DNA of 16,272 bases from Thermoanaerobaculia bacterium (GCA_044226625.1 JBGAGQ010000098.1:1-16272); one strand, 5' to 3'. Counted from the stretch's first letter, positions 1 through 7,437 are shown. Program-made: numbers and translations. The notes: generated from the letters alone by a model not told the origin.

Positions 1-836
1 TCGACTTCCGCCGCACCGAATGGAGACAGCCGCGAAAATCCATCGTCTGAGAAGCGCGCGACGATCGCCTCGAGCCCCCAGGCCTTCCGCTCGACGGCGA
101 CCGGCGCGAGATCAGCGAGGGCCGCCTCGATTCCCTCGCCCGGCCGGGCCCACCGCAGGCGGCGGAATCGCTCTTTGAGCGGCTCGAGATCTTCGTCGAG
201 CAGAAGCCTTCCCTCGGCGAGCAGGCCGACCCGGTCGGCGATGCCCTCGACCGCGGAGAGCTCGTGCGTGGTGAGGAAAACCGTCGTGCCCCGCTCCGCG
301 AGCTCGCCGATCAACTCCTCGAAAACGGAGCGCTTCGCGAGCGGGTCGAGGCCCAGCGTCGGGTCGTCGAGAATCAACAGGGCGGGCGAGGGAGCCAGGG
401 CGAGAGCGAGCGCCACTTGGCCTTTCTGCCCTTTGGAAAGCCGGCCGAACGGCCGGTCCAGCGGCACGCCGAAACGCCGCAGGCGATCTTCGAAACCGGC
501 GCGGTCGAAGCGAGGAAAGATCCGGGCGGAGAAGCGCGCGGCCTCCCCGGCGGAGAGGTTTGAGGGCACGTCCGGTTCTTCCGGCACCACGCCGACCTCG
601 GCGAGCAGCCGGGCGCGCTCGCTCCAGACGTCGCCGCCGAACAGCCGGACCCGGCCCCCGTCCGGACGCCGCTGACCGAGAAGGCAGCGCACGAGCGTGG
701 ATTTGCCGGCGCCGTTCAAGCCGATCAAGGCGTACACCGCTCCGCGAGCGACCGCCAAGGACACGTGATCGAGCGCCGCGGTCTCGCCGAAGCGAACGGA
801 GAGGTCTTCCGCGCTCAAGGGAATTTCGGGGCTCAT
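1..836 (-). CDS. ABC transporter ATP-binding protein (YtrB-like / ABC-2 type), 3' end truncated by the window edge
   Basis: Not in the ORF track because it runs off the window. ATG at 836 overlaps the GntR stop (ATGA). Manual translation gives MSPEIPLSAEDLSVRFGETAALDHVSL..., Walker A GLNGAGKST, signature LSKGQK, Walker B LLILDDPTLGLDP and H-loop VFLTTH. Confidence 0.9.
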   Translation of the reverse strand, partial: MSPEIPLSAEDLSVRFGETAALDHVSLAVARGAVYALIGLNGAGKSTLVRCLLGQRRPDGGRVRLFGGDVWSERARLLAEVGVVPEEPDVPSNLSAGEAARFSARIFPRFDRAGFEDRLRRFGVPLDRPFGRLSKGQKGQVALALALAPSPALLILDDPTLGLDPLAKRSVFEELIGELAERGTTVFLTTHELSAVEGIADRVGLLAEGRLLLDEDLEPLKERFRRLRWARPGEGIEAALADLAPVAVERKAWGLEAIVARFSDDGFSRLSPFGAAEV

Positions 837-1267
837 GCCTCTCCTCCTGCCTCGTCAGCTGCCGGGCCGGCCGCCTCTCCACGAGCCCGGCTCTCGAAAA
901 TCTCGTCCCACGCCGACTCGACGGCCTCGACCGTCTCCTGCCACGACGCGCCGAGTGTCACCGCCTGGCTCGCGAAGCGGACCGCCGCCTCGTCCAGGCG
1001 CCGCGCGCGCTCTTGCCGCGGGAAAGCCGGAGGTCGCTCCGAGACGAACGTCCCCTCACCGCGCCGCACGACGAGCACGCCCTGATCCGTCAGACGTTGG
1101 TAAGCCTTGGAAACCGTCGCCGGATTGACCTGGAGATCTCGGGCGAGGTCGCGCACCGAGGGAACGCCCTCGCCGGCGGGCAACGACCCGTTCGCCACCA
1201 GATGGCGGACCGACTCCTCGATCTGTCGCCAGATCGGGCGGGGGTCCGACGGATCGATCCTGAGCAT
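833..1267 (-). CDS. GntR-family transcriptional regulator, YtrA subfamily
   Basis: wHTH motif PIWRQIEESVR...LPAGEGVPSVRDLARDLQVNPATVSKAYQRL...RRGEGTFV with a short helical C-terminus. RBS GGAGGAG upstream. Translationally coupled to an ABC ATPase, as is typical of YtrA operons. Confidence 0.93.
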   Translation of the reverse strand: MLRIDPSDPRPIWRQIEESVRHLVANGSLPAGEGVPSVRDLARDLQVNPATVSKAYQRLTDQGVLVVRRGEGTFVSERPPAFPRQERARRLDEAAVRFASQAVTLGASWQETVEAVESAWDEIFESRARGEAAGPAADEAGGEA

Positions 1268-1308
1268 TCCGCTCCTCCAAGGTCACCGGCCGATGTCCGG
1301 CGTTCCGG

Positions 1309-1328
1309 TGTACTAATAATGTAGCACA
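1309..1328. promoter_or_regulatory. Putative YtrA/GntR operator (imperfect palindrome TGTACTA-N6-TAGCACA)
   Basis: AT-rich inverted repeat with 6/7 arm match about 40 bp upstream of the GntR start; resembles the TGTAyTA...TArTACA-type sites of YtrA regulators. Confidence 0.65.
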
Positions 1329-1416
1329 GCTTGAGTACGAAGCGAGGCTATGGGTGGAGAGCTCTGGAGGAGTAAGATCGATCGATAGGACTCAACACTC
1401 TCTTTCTTGCCGATGA

Positions 1417-1431
1417 ATAGGTAGTGCCTAT
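1417..1431. promoter_or_regulatory. LysR/OxyR-type box ATAG-N7-CTAT overlapping the LysR start codon (probable autoregulation)
   Basis: Sequence ATAG GTAGTGC CTAT at 1417-1431 fits the T-N11-A LysR rule and the OxyR ATAG-N7-CTAT unit; the ATG is at 1430. Confidence 0.6.
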
Positions 1432-2395
1432 GGAAATTCACCAGCTCCGCTACTTTGTCGCGGTCGCCGAGCTCGGCAGCATGAGCCGCGCCTCGGTCCG
1501 CTGCGGCGTCGCCCAACCGTCGATCAGCCAGCAGATCCAGAAGCTCGAGCGGGAGCTTTCCTGCCCGCTGTTCGAGCGGATCGGACGTCGAATCCAACTC
1601 ACCGACGCCGGGCGCTCTCTCCTGCCTCGTGCCCGGGCGATCCTCGAGCAGGTGCAGGAGATCCCCCAAGGGCTGGAGGATGACGCGCGGAGCGGCCACG
1701 GCCGCTTGGTGGTCGGCGCCATTCCCACCATCGCGCCGTATCTCTTGCCCGCGGCGATCCGTTCGCTCACCGAGACTTTTCCGGCTGTCGACCTTCACGT
1801 CCGGGAGGATCTGACCGAGCGCGTGCTCGACGCCTTGGAATCCGGAGAGCTTGATCTCGCAGTCACCAGCACCCCGATCGTGCGCGAAGGGCTCGGCGTC
1901 TCGGTCATCGGACGCGATCCGTTCCGGCTGGCGGTCGCTGCCAGCCATCCGCTGGCGTCCCGGGACAGCGTCTCGCTCGTCGAGCTGGTCAGCCCGCCGA
2001 CGATCCTGCTCGACGAGCTGCACTGTCTGGGACGCCAAGTCGGAGAGGTCTGCCGCGCGATGCGCACCAACTGCAGGGTGGTCTGCCAGGCGAGCCAGCT
2101 CGACTCGCTGCTCCGGATGGTGGGATTGGGCCTCGGGGTCGCCCTGGTTCCCGAGATGGCGACCCACGACGAGGCGCGCGAAGGCATCCGGTTCGTGCCG
2201 ATCGAGGAGGCCTTCGCCATGCGGGAGATCGCCGTGGTCCAGCGCGGCGATCGGGCGGGATCCCACCTCGTCCAGGAGTTCGTCCGGCGGCTCGAAGCGA
2301 CGTTTTCGCCTGGCGCCGAGCCCGCGGCTCCTCCTCCCCCGGCGAGCGAAACCGTAGAAATGAAAAAGTCACGGCCGCGTCGCGCGCGGCCGTGA
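1430..2395 (+). CDS. LysR-family transcriptional regulator, OxyR-like
   Basis: N-terminal HTH MEIHQLRYFVAVAELGSMSRAS...QPSISQQIQKLE, then GAIPTIAPYLLP and an H-C-x8-C motif (LDELHCLGRQVGEVC) matching the OxyR redox cysteine spacing. ATG 1430 is preferred over GTG 1424. Confidence 0.9.
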   Translation: MEIHQLRYFVAVAELGSMSRASVRCGVAQPSISQQIQKLERELSCPLFERIGRRIQLTDAGRSLLPRARAILEQVQEIPQGLEDDARSGHGRLVVGAIPTIAPYLLPAAIRSLTETFPAVDLHVREDLTERVLDALESGELDLAVTSTPIVREGLGVSVIGRDPFRLAVAASHPLASRDSVSLVELVSPPTILLDELHCLGRQVGEVCRAMRTNCRVVCQASQLDSLLRMVGLGLGVALVPEMATHDEAREGIRFVPIEEAFAMREIAVVQRGDRAGSHLVQEFVRRLEATFSPGAEPAAPPPPASETVEMKKSRPRRARP

Positions 2396-2429
2396 CCCCT
2401 GCGAAGAAAACCGAAGCTTCGGCCCCGGA

Positions 2430-3677
2430 TCAGGCGTAGAAACCGCGGTGGTGCATCACCTGGCTCACCCGGTCGAGGGCCAGGATGTAGGCGCCGATGC
2501 GCGGATTCGTCTTGTACTTGTCGGTCGTGGCGAAGGTCGCCTCGAACGCGCGGGTCATGTAGTCGGTCAGGCGCTCGTTGACCAGCTTTTCGCGCCAGTA
2601 GAAGCCCTGCCGGTTCTGCACCCACTCGAAATAGGAGACGGTGACTCCGCCCGCGTTGGCCAGGATGTCGGGCACCACTAACACCTTGTTGTCGAGCAGG
2701 ATCGCATCGGCCTCGGGGGTGGTCGGCCCGTTCGCCCCTTCGACGATCACCTTGGCACGGATGGCCGCGGCGTTCTCGTTCGTGATCTGGTTTTCGAGCG
2801 CCGCCGGAACCAAGATGTCGACGTCCTGGGTGAGCAACTCGGCCGGATCGAGCGCCTCGGCGCCGGCGAATCCCGCGACCGACCGGGTCTCCTTGACGTG
2901 CTGGAGGAGCGCGGGGAGGTCCAGCCCCGCCGGGTTACGAATCGCCCCGCCGATGTCCGAGACGGCGATCACCCGCGCCCCCGCCTTGTGCAGCAGGCGA
3001 GCGCTGTGCGAGCCGACGTTGCCGAAGCCCTGGACGGCGACCTTCGCGCCGTCGAGCTGTCGCCCCAGGCGTTTCATCGCCTCGACCGCGACGATCTGCA
3101 CGCCGCGGCCGGTCGCGGCGTCGCGCCCCAGGCTTCCGCCGAGCGGGATCGGCTTGCCGGTCACCACGGCGGTCTCGGTCCGGCGGACGTGCATCGAGTA
3201 GGTGTCGAGCACCCAGGCCATGGTCTGGGCGTTGGTTCCCACGTCGGGAGCCGGCACGTCCCGCTCCGGTCCGATCACGTCCATGATCTCGGCGATATAG
3301 CGTCGGGTGAGCCGTTCGAGCTCTCCCGCGCTCATCTTCGACGGATCGCAAATGACACCCCCCTTGCCGCCGCCGAACGGGACGTCGACCACCGCGCATT
3401 TCCAGGTCATCCAGGCCGCGAGCGCCTTGACCTCGTCGAGGGTGACCCCCTTGTCGTACCGGATGCCCCCCTTCGCCGGCCCTCGGGCGAGACTGTGCTG
3501 GACGCGGTAGCCGGTGAAGACCTCCCATCGCTTGTCGTCCATCTGGACGGGCAGGCTCACGATCATGGTCCGGCTGGGCGCCATGAACACCTTGAACAAG
3601 GTGTCGTCCAGCCCGAACAGCTCGGCGGCGGTACGCAGGCGAGCCTGCATCATCTCAAAGGGATTGAGGTCGCTCAT
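2430..3677 (-). CDS. gdhA: Glutamate dehydrogenase (Glu/Leu/Phe/Val dehydrogenase family)
   Basis: Motifs GYRVQH, RGPAKGGIRY, MTWKCA, PFGGGKGG, DVPAPDVGT, VTGKP, QGFGNVG, EGANGP, ANAGGVTVSYFEWVQN. Start placed at ATG 3677 (MSDLNPF) after a GGAGAG RBS rather than 3779. Confidence 0.93.
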   Translation of the reverse strand: MSDLNPFEMMQARLRTAAELFGLDDTLFKVFMAPSRTMIVSLPVQMDDKRWEVFTGYRVQHSLARGPAKGGIRYDKGVTLDEVKALAAWMTWKCAVVDVPFGGGKGGVICDPSKMSAGELERLTRRYIAEIMDVIGPERDVPAPDVGTNAQTMAWVLDTYSMHVRRTETAVVTGKPIPLGGSLGRDAATGRGVQIVAVEAMKRLGRQLDGAKVAVQGFGNVGSHSARLLHKAGARVIAVSDIGGAIRNPAGLDLPALLQHVKETRSVAGFAGAEALDPAELLTQDVDILVPAALENQITNENAAAIRAKVIVEGANGPTTPEADAILLDNKVLVVPDILANAGGVTVSYFEWVQNRQGFYWREKLVNERLTDYMTRAFEATFATTDKYKTNPRIGAYILALDRVSQVMHHRGFYA

Positions 3678-3750
3678 CGGTCTCTCCGAAAGAAAAGGGG
3701 ACGAGGGAAACGGCGGGTGGCTCGACCGTCCGGAAGCATGGGGTGCGGCG

Positions 3751-3779
3751 AGAATAGGTCTCGGCGTTTCCGCGGTCAA
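3751..3779 (-). promoter_or_regulatory. sigma70-type promoter for gdhA (TTGACC-N17-TATTCT)
   Basis: On the minus strand, -35 TTGACC (3779-3774), a 17-bp spacer and -10 TATTCT (3756-3751). Confidence 0.6.
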
Positions 3780-3792
3780 GGGAAATCCTGCC

Positions 3793-3818
3793 TAAACCCC
3801 CTCCCGCGCTGAGACGTC
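3793..3818 (+). promoter_or_regulatory. Candidate ECF-sigma promoter for the peptide gene (TAAAC-N17-CGTC)
   Basis: AAAC at 3794-3797 and CGTC at 3815-3818, 17 nt apart, about 50 nt upstream of the ATG; matches the generic ECF AAC...CGT consensus. Confidence 0.35.
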
Positions 3819-3869
3819 GATCCTCCTTGGGGTGGGAAGGGCCCCGCTCCGATTCCGGAAGGAGAGATC

Positions 3870-4079
3870 ATGAGGAAGAAGCTCACGCTCCATCGCCAGA
3901 CGCTGCACCGACTGGACGGTCTCGACGGCATTGTGGGAGGCGCCCCGACTACGGTACCGACCCACTGCTACACCTGTGCCGTTAGTTGCCCGGCGACCTG
4001 CCTGCCGACCGCTTGCATCCCGGCCGCCTGCTCGTATCAGCTCGGCTGCGGGCTCACCGTCTCCTGCCAGATCTGTTGA
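3870..4079 (+). CDS. Putative RiPP (lanthipeptide-like) precursor peptide with double-glycine leader and Cys/Thr/Ser-rich core
   Basis: RBS AAGGAG at 3859-3864. Leader MRKKLTLHRQTLHRLDGLDGIVGG, then a 45-aa core APTTVPTHCYTCAVSCPATCLPTACIPAACSYQLGCGLTVSCQIC (9 Cys, 7 Thr, 3 Ser). It fills an otherwise empty intergenic gap and is followed by a perfect hairpin. Confidence 0.82.
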   Translation: MRKKLTLHRQTLHRLDGLDGIVGGAPTTVPTHCYTCAVSCPATCLPTACIPAACSYQLGCGLTVSCQIC

Positions 4080-4082
4080 ACA

Positions 4083-4113
4083 GACAAGGGGCGGGCGCCG
4101 CCCGCCCCTTGTC
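4083..4113. terminator. Perfect GC-rich hairpin, probable terminator between convergent genes
   Basis: GACAAGGGGCGGGC-gcc-GCCCGCCCCTTGTC, a 14-bp perfect stem starting 3 nt after the peptide stop. No clear U-tract. A second small hairpin lies at 4132-4150. Confidence 0.65.
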
Positions 4114-4160
4114 GGCGATCGAGTCTCTACACCGAGCCGATCGCGCTCGGGCTTCGAGCC

Positions 4161-5012
4161 TCAGACCCGCTCCAACCGAACGAGCTTGCCCATCTTGCGG
4201 AATGGGCGACGGAGGGCCTCCGGCATCAGGCGCCAGGAGGCGGCGGCGAAGCGGCCGACCGGAGGCATCCGGTGCAGGCGCTCTCCTTCGACGAGCGAAT
4301 ACCGGACCTCGGCCGGTCGCCAGCCGTAGCCCGAGAAGTACCGCTCTCCCGACGACGGGGCGAACCGGAGGGGCGCCTGCTGCATGTGCTTCGACCAAGT
4401 CCGGTTCGCAAGCTTGAGCAGGAGCGGCGACGCCATGTCGAACGCCCAGGAGCGGAGGTTTCCCGCCGCGTGGAGATCCCGCGCGAGCCCCGACGCCTGC
4501 TCGGCGGAGAGGTAGGTGATCAATCCCTCGGAGAGGACGAAGACGTTCCGCCCCGCCGCGGCGACCTCGGTGAACAACGCTTTACGCGCCTCGCGATCGG
4601 CTAGATCGACCGCGCGACGAACGAGGCGGCAGAGCGGCCGCTCGCCGGCGAGCGCCGCTTCCTTCTCGGCGAGGAGCGGCGGCAGATCCGCCTCGAACCA
4701 GGGAAAGTCGGGGGGAAGCGCGAGCCGATAGGGGCGGGCGTCGAAGCCCGCCGCGAGGTTGAGCACCGCGTCGGCCCCTCGCTCGATCGCGCCGAGGATC
4801 ATCTCGTCGAACACCACGGTGCGGACCACCATCGCCCACGCCGAGTCTTCGCCGCGCGGCATCTGCCGCACGATCTGCCAGCCGCGCTCCCCCGCCAGAC
4901 GCTCGGCGAAAGGATCGCGAAACAGCGCGTCCTGCCGCGCCGTCTCCATCGCCCGGTAGGTCGCGACCCACCGGGCGGTGTCGGAGACGTTGCGGATCAG
5001 GGGCTCGGTCAC
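4161..5012 (-). CDS. SAM-dependent methyltransferase, leucine carboxyl methyltransferase (LCM)/TIGR00027-like family
   Basis: Motifs VSDTARWVATYRAMET...LFRDPFAERLAG, VRTVVFD, VLNLAAGFDARPYRL, WFEADLP, VDLAD, LSEGLITYL. GTG start overlaps the toxin stop (GTGA). Confidence 0.88.
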   Translation of the reverse strand: MTEPLIRNVSDTARWVATYRAMETARQDALFRDPFAERLAGERGWQIVRQMPRGEDSAWAMVVRTVVFDEMILGAIERGADAVLNLAAGFDARPYRLALPPDFPWFEADLPPLLAEKEAALAGERPLCRLVRRAVDLADREARKALFTEVAAAGRNVFVLSEGLITYLSAEQASGLARDLHAAGNLRSWAFDMASPLLLKLANRTWSKHMQQAPLRFAPSSGERYFSGYGWRPAEVRYSLVEGERLHRMPPVGRFAAASWRLMPEALRRPFRKMGKLVRLERV

Positions 5013-5323
5013 GGGAGGCCGGGGAGGTCCGAGAGATATCGCCCCATGTCGAGAGCACCGTGGAAAATCCCCAAGATGTCGACGTCTCCGGCCGGCCTGA
5101 GTAGATAGGCAATCCGGTAGTGGCCGTAGAGTACTACCCGAATCTCACGCTCCTCCCTTTCCTCGAGGCGATACCCGCGCTTCGGAAAGGACGAAAGAGT
5201 AGAGGCTAACCGATAGATTCCCTCGACCGTCTTTCGGGCAGCCGAGGGGTTGCTCAGCGCGATGTAGCCGTGAATATCTTCAAGCCAGCGAGCGGCCTCA
5301 TGCGTCCACCTCACCTGCCCCAT
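5009..5323 (-). CDS. Type II toxin, RelE/ParE family
   Basis: 104 aa: VRWTHEAARWLEDIHGYIA..NPSAARKTVEGIY...LSSFPKRG...IRVVLYGHYRIAY...VDILGIFHGALD, the typical ParE-like pattern. Confidence 0.88.
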   Translation of the reverse strand: MGQVRWTHEAARWLEDIHGYIALSNPSAARKTVEGIYRLASTLSSFPKRGYRLEEREEREIRVVLYGHYRIAYLLRPAGDVDILGIFHGALDMGRYLSDLPGLP

Positions 5324-5493
5324 GAAGCGATGATCTCCGCCATCTCGTCATGGCCGATTGTCCGGCCCTGCTCCGAGTCAGAGATTCCGCGGTCGACCAT
5401 CCGGGCGAACGCGATCTCGCGCAGCAACTCATCGGCGCTGCTGTCGTCTGGCTGCCTTTCGAGCAAATCGATCATCGCCTGTTTCGCTGTCAC
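5311..5493 (-). CDS. Putative antitoxin of the RelE/ParE module (~60 aa)
   Basis: GTG at 5493 preceded by GGAGGT. Sequence TAKQAMIDLLERQPDDSSADELLREIAFARMVDRGISDSEQGRTIGHDEM...W is small and acidic, with a 'RG..D...GR....E' tail common in ParE-associated antitoxins. Overlaps the toxin start by 13 nt. Confidence 0.8.
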   Translation of the reverse strand: MTAKQAMIDLLERQPDDSSADELLREIAFARMVDRGISDSEQGRTIGHDEMAEIIASWGR

Positions 5494-5536
5494 GGAACCT
5501 ACCTCCAACTGCCTCTGCACATCCTCATAGAAGATT

Positions 5537-7255
5537 CTACGCCCGGTCCAGCAGCTCCATCACCTTGCCCACCGCTTCGGCGACCGGGATGGCGAGCTTC
5601 TCGCGGTCGCGGCGGAGGGAGACCTCCACTTTGCCGTCGGCGAGCGACTTGGCGCCCACCGTGACGCGGACCGGCAGACCGATCAGGTCGCCGTCCTTGA
5701 ACTTGACGCCCGGGCGCTCGTCGCGGTCGTCGTAGAGAACGTCGACACCTTTCTCCCGCAAGTCGGCGTAGATGCGCTCGGCCGCCTCGACCACCGCGGC
5801 GTCGTTCGGGTTGAGCGCGGCGAGCAGCACCTCGAACGGCGCGAGTGGCCGGGGCCAGATGATGCCGTCGGCGTCGTGATTCTGCTCGATCGCCGCGGCC
5901 ACCGTTCGGCCGACGCCCAGGCCGTAGCAGCCCATGATCATCGGCTTCTCCGCCCCCGCCTCGTCGGTGTAATTGCAGGCGAGCGCCTTCGAATACTTGT
6001 CGCCCAGCTTGAAGATGTGGCCCACCTCGATGCCGCGGAACAGCTCGAGCGCCGTGCCACAGCGCGGGCACGAATCACCGCCCGAAACGAGCAGCAGGTC
6101 GGCCCAACGAGAGGGCTCGGCGTCGCGCCCCCAGTGGACGCCCACGTGATGCGCGTCGGCCTGGTTGGCGCCGCAGACGAAGCCCGCGAGGCCGCGCACC
6201 GACGGATCGGCGATCAGCTCGACGTCCTTCGGCAGCCCGACGGGGCCGGCGAAACCGACCGGCGCGCCGGTCGCCTGGCGCACCTTCTCCTCGCTCGCGA
6301 GGTTCAAGTGCTGCACGTCGAGCAGGTTCAGGAGCTTGACCTCGTTGACCTCGCGGTCGCCGCGGATCGCAACCGCGACGATCCCCTTCTCCGTCTCGTA
6401 GATCAGCGTCTTCACCACCCGGGTCGGCTCGACGCCGAGGAACTTCGCGACCTCTTCGACCGAGGTGTGACCCGGCGTCGGAACGGTCGAAAACGCCGCG
6501 TCGGACGGCCCGGCGGCGACCGCTTCCGTCTCCTCGCGTCGCGTCTCGGCCTTCTCGGTGTTCGCCGCGTAGCCGCAGGAGGGGCAGCGGACGACCGCGC
6601 TCTCGCCGGTTCCCGCGACCACCATGAACTCGTGTGAAGCCGATCCGCCGATCGTTCCGGTGTCGGCCTCGACCGCACCGAAATCGAGATGGCAGGCGCG
6701 GAAGATCCGGGTGTACGCCTCGTGCATCTCGCGGTACGCCACGTCCAGGCTCGCGGCGTCGACGTGGAAGGAGTACGCGTCCTTCATGATGAACTCGCGA
6801 CCGCGCATCAGGCCGAAGCGGGGACGAATCTCGTCCCGGAACTTGGTCTGGATCTGATAGAGGTTGAACGGCAGCTGCCGGTAGCTCTTCACGTCGCGGC
6901 GCACCGTATCCGTGATCACCTCTTCGTGCGTCGGGCCGAAGACGAAATCGCGCTCGTGGCGATCCTTGATCCGCAGCAGCTCCTTGCCGTAGCGCTCCCA
7001 ACGGCCGGATTCCACCCACAGCTCGGCGGGCTGGATCGCCGGCATCGAAAGCTCGATACACCCGGAGGCGTCGAGCTCGCGGCGGACGATCGTCATCAGC
7101 TTGGACAGGCTCCGCCAACCGAACGGCAGGTAGGTGTAGATGCCCGCCGCGACTTTCTTGATCATGCCGGTTCGGACCATCAACTGATGGCTCACGACCT
7201 CGGCGTCGTTGGGAACTTCACGCGTGGTGAAGAGGTAATACTTGCTCCAGCGCAT
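5537..7255 (-). CDS. proS: Proline--tRNA ligase (bacterial type with INS editing domain)
   Basis: MRWSKYYLFTTREVPNDAEVVSHQLMVRTGMIKK, FGPTHEE, YQIQTKFRDEIRPRFGLMRGREFIMKDAYSF, IEVGHIFKLG, MGCYGLG, DDRDERPGVKF. ATG at 7255 with AGGAG RBS; the 7324 start is unlikely. Confidence 0.97.
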   Translation of the reverse strand: MRWSKYYLFTTREVPNDAEVVSHQLMVRTGMIKKVAAGIYTYLPFGWRSLSKLMTIVRRELDASGCIELSMPAIQPAELWVESGRWERYGKELLRIKDRHERDFVFGPTHEEVITDTVRRDVKSYRQLPFNLYQIQTKFRDEIRPRFGLMRGREFIMKDAYSFHVDAASLDVAYREMHEAYTRIFRACHLDFGAVEADTGTIGGSASHEFMVVAGTGESAVVRCPSCGYAANTEKAETRREETEAVAAGPSDAAFSTVPTPGHTSVEEVAKFLGVEPTRVVKTLIYETEKGIVAVAIRGDREVNEVKLLNLLDVQHLNLASEEKVRQATGAPVGFAGPVGLPKDVELIADPSVRGLAGFVCGANQADAHHVGVHWGRDAEPSRWADLLLVSGGDSCPRCGTALELFRGIEVGHIFKLGDKYSKALACNYTDEAGAEKPMIMGCYGLGVGRTVAAAIEQNHDADGIIWPRPLAPFEVLLAALNPNDAAVVEAAERIYADLREKGVDVLYDDRDERPGVKFKDGDLIGLPVRVTVGAKSLADGKVEVSLRRDREKLAIPVAEAVGKVMELLDRA

Positions 7256-7315
7256 ACCGACTCCTTGCCAATGAGACTTCAAAGTCCTTCGTCGTACCGC
7301 ACGGGCTTTCGATTC

Positions 7316-7437
7316 GGCGCTCACGCAGGCCCCTGGGGTGGCCTGCGCTGCGGGCGGCGCTCAAAACTCGCCCTTCGGGCTCAGACAGTTTCGCGCCGTC
7401 CTCGCTCAACCACCCCAGGGGCTGACGCGTGAGCGCC
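7316..7437. repeat. Long rod-like imperfect inverted repeat (REP/MITE-like or structured RNA) upstream of proS
   Basis: Nested stems: GGCGCTCACGC 7316-7326 / 7427-7437; GCCCCTGGGGTGG 7329-7341 / 7410-7422; GGGCGGCGC 7352-7360 / 7393-7401; AAACT / AGTTT; apical C(TTCG)G loop. Confidence 0.7.

Noticed and set aside
112-882. 256-aa minus-strand ORF from the track
   Set aside because: Wrong frame; the real gene is the ABC ATPase starting at 836 and running off the window.
2411-2422. 12-bp perfect palindrome CCGAAGCTTCGG between the convergent LysR and gdhA genes
   Set aside because: Too short to call a terminator or operator with confidence.
3678-3779. N-terminal extensions given by the ORF track for gdhA (3779), and likewise hbd (10354), proS (7324) and the antitoxin (5520)
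   Set aside because: Downstream starts have RBSs and match family N-termini; the TTG 'starts' at 3779 and 10354 are the -35 TTGACC boxes.
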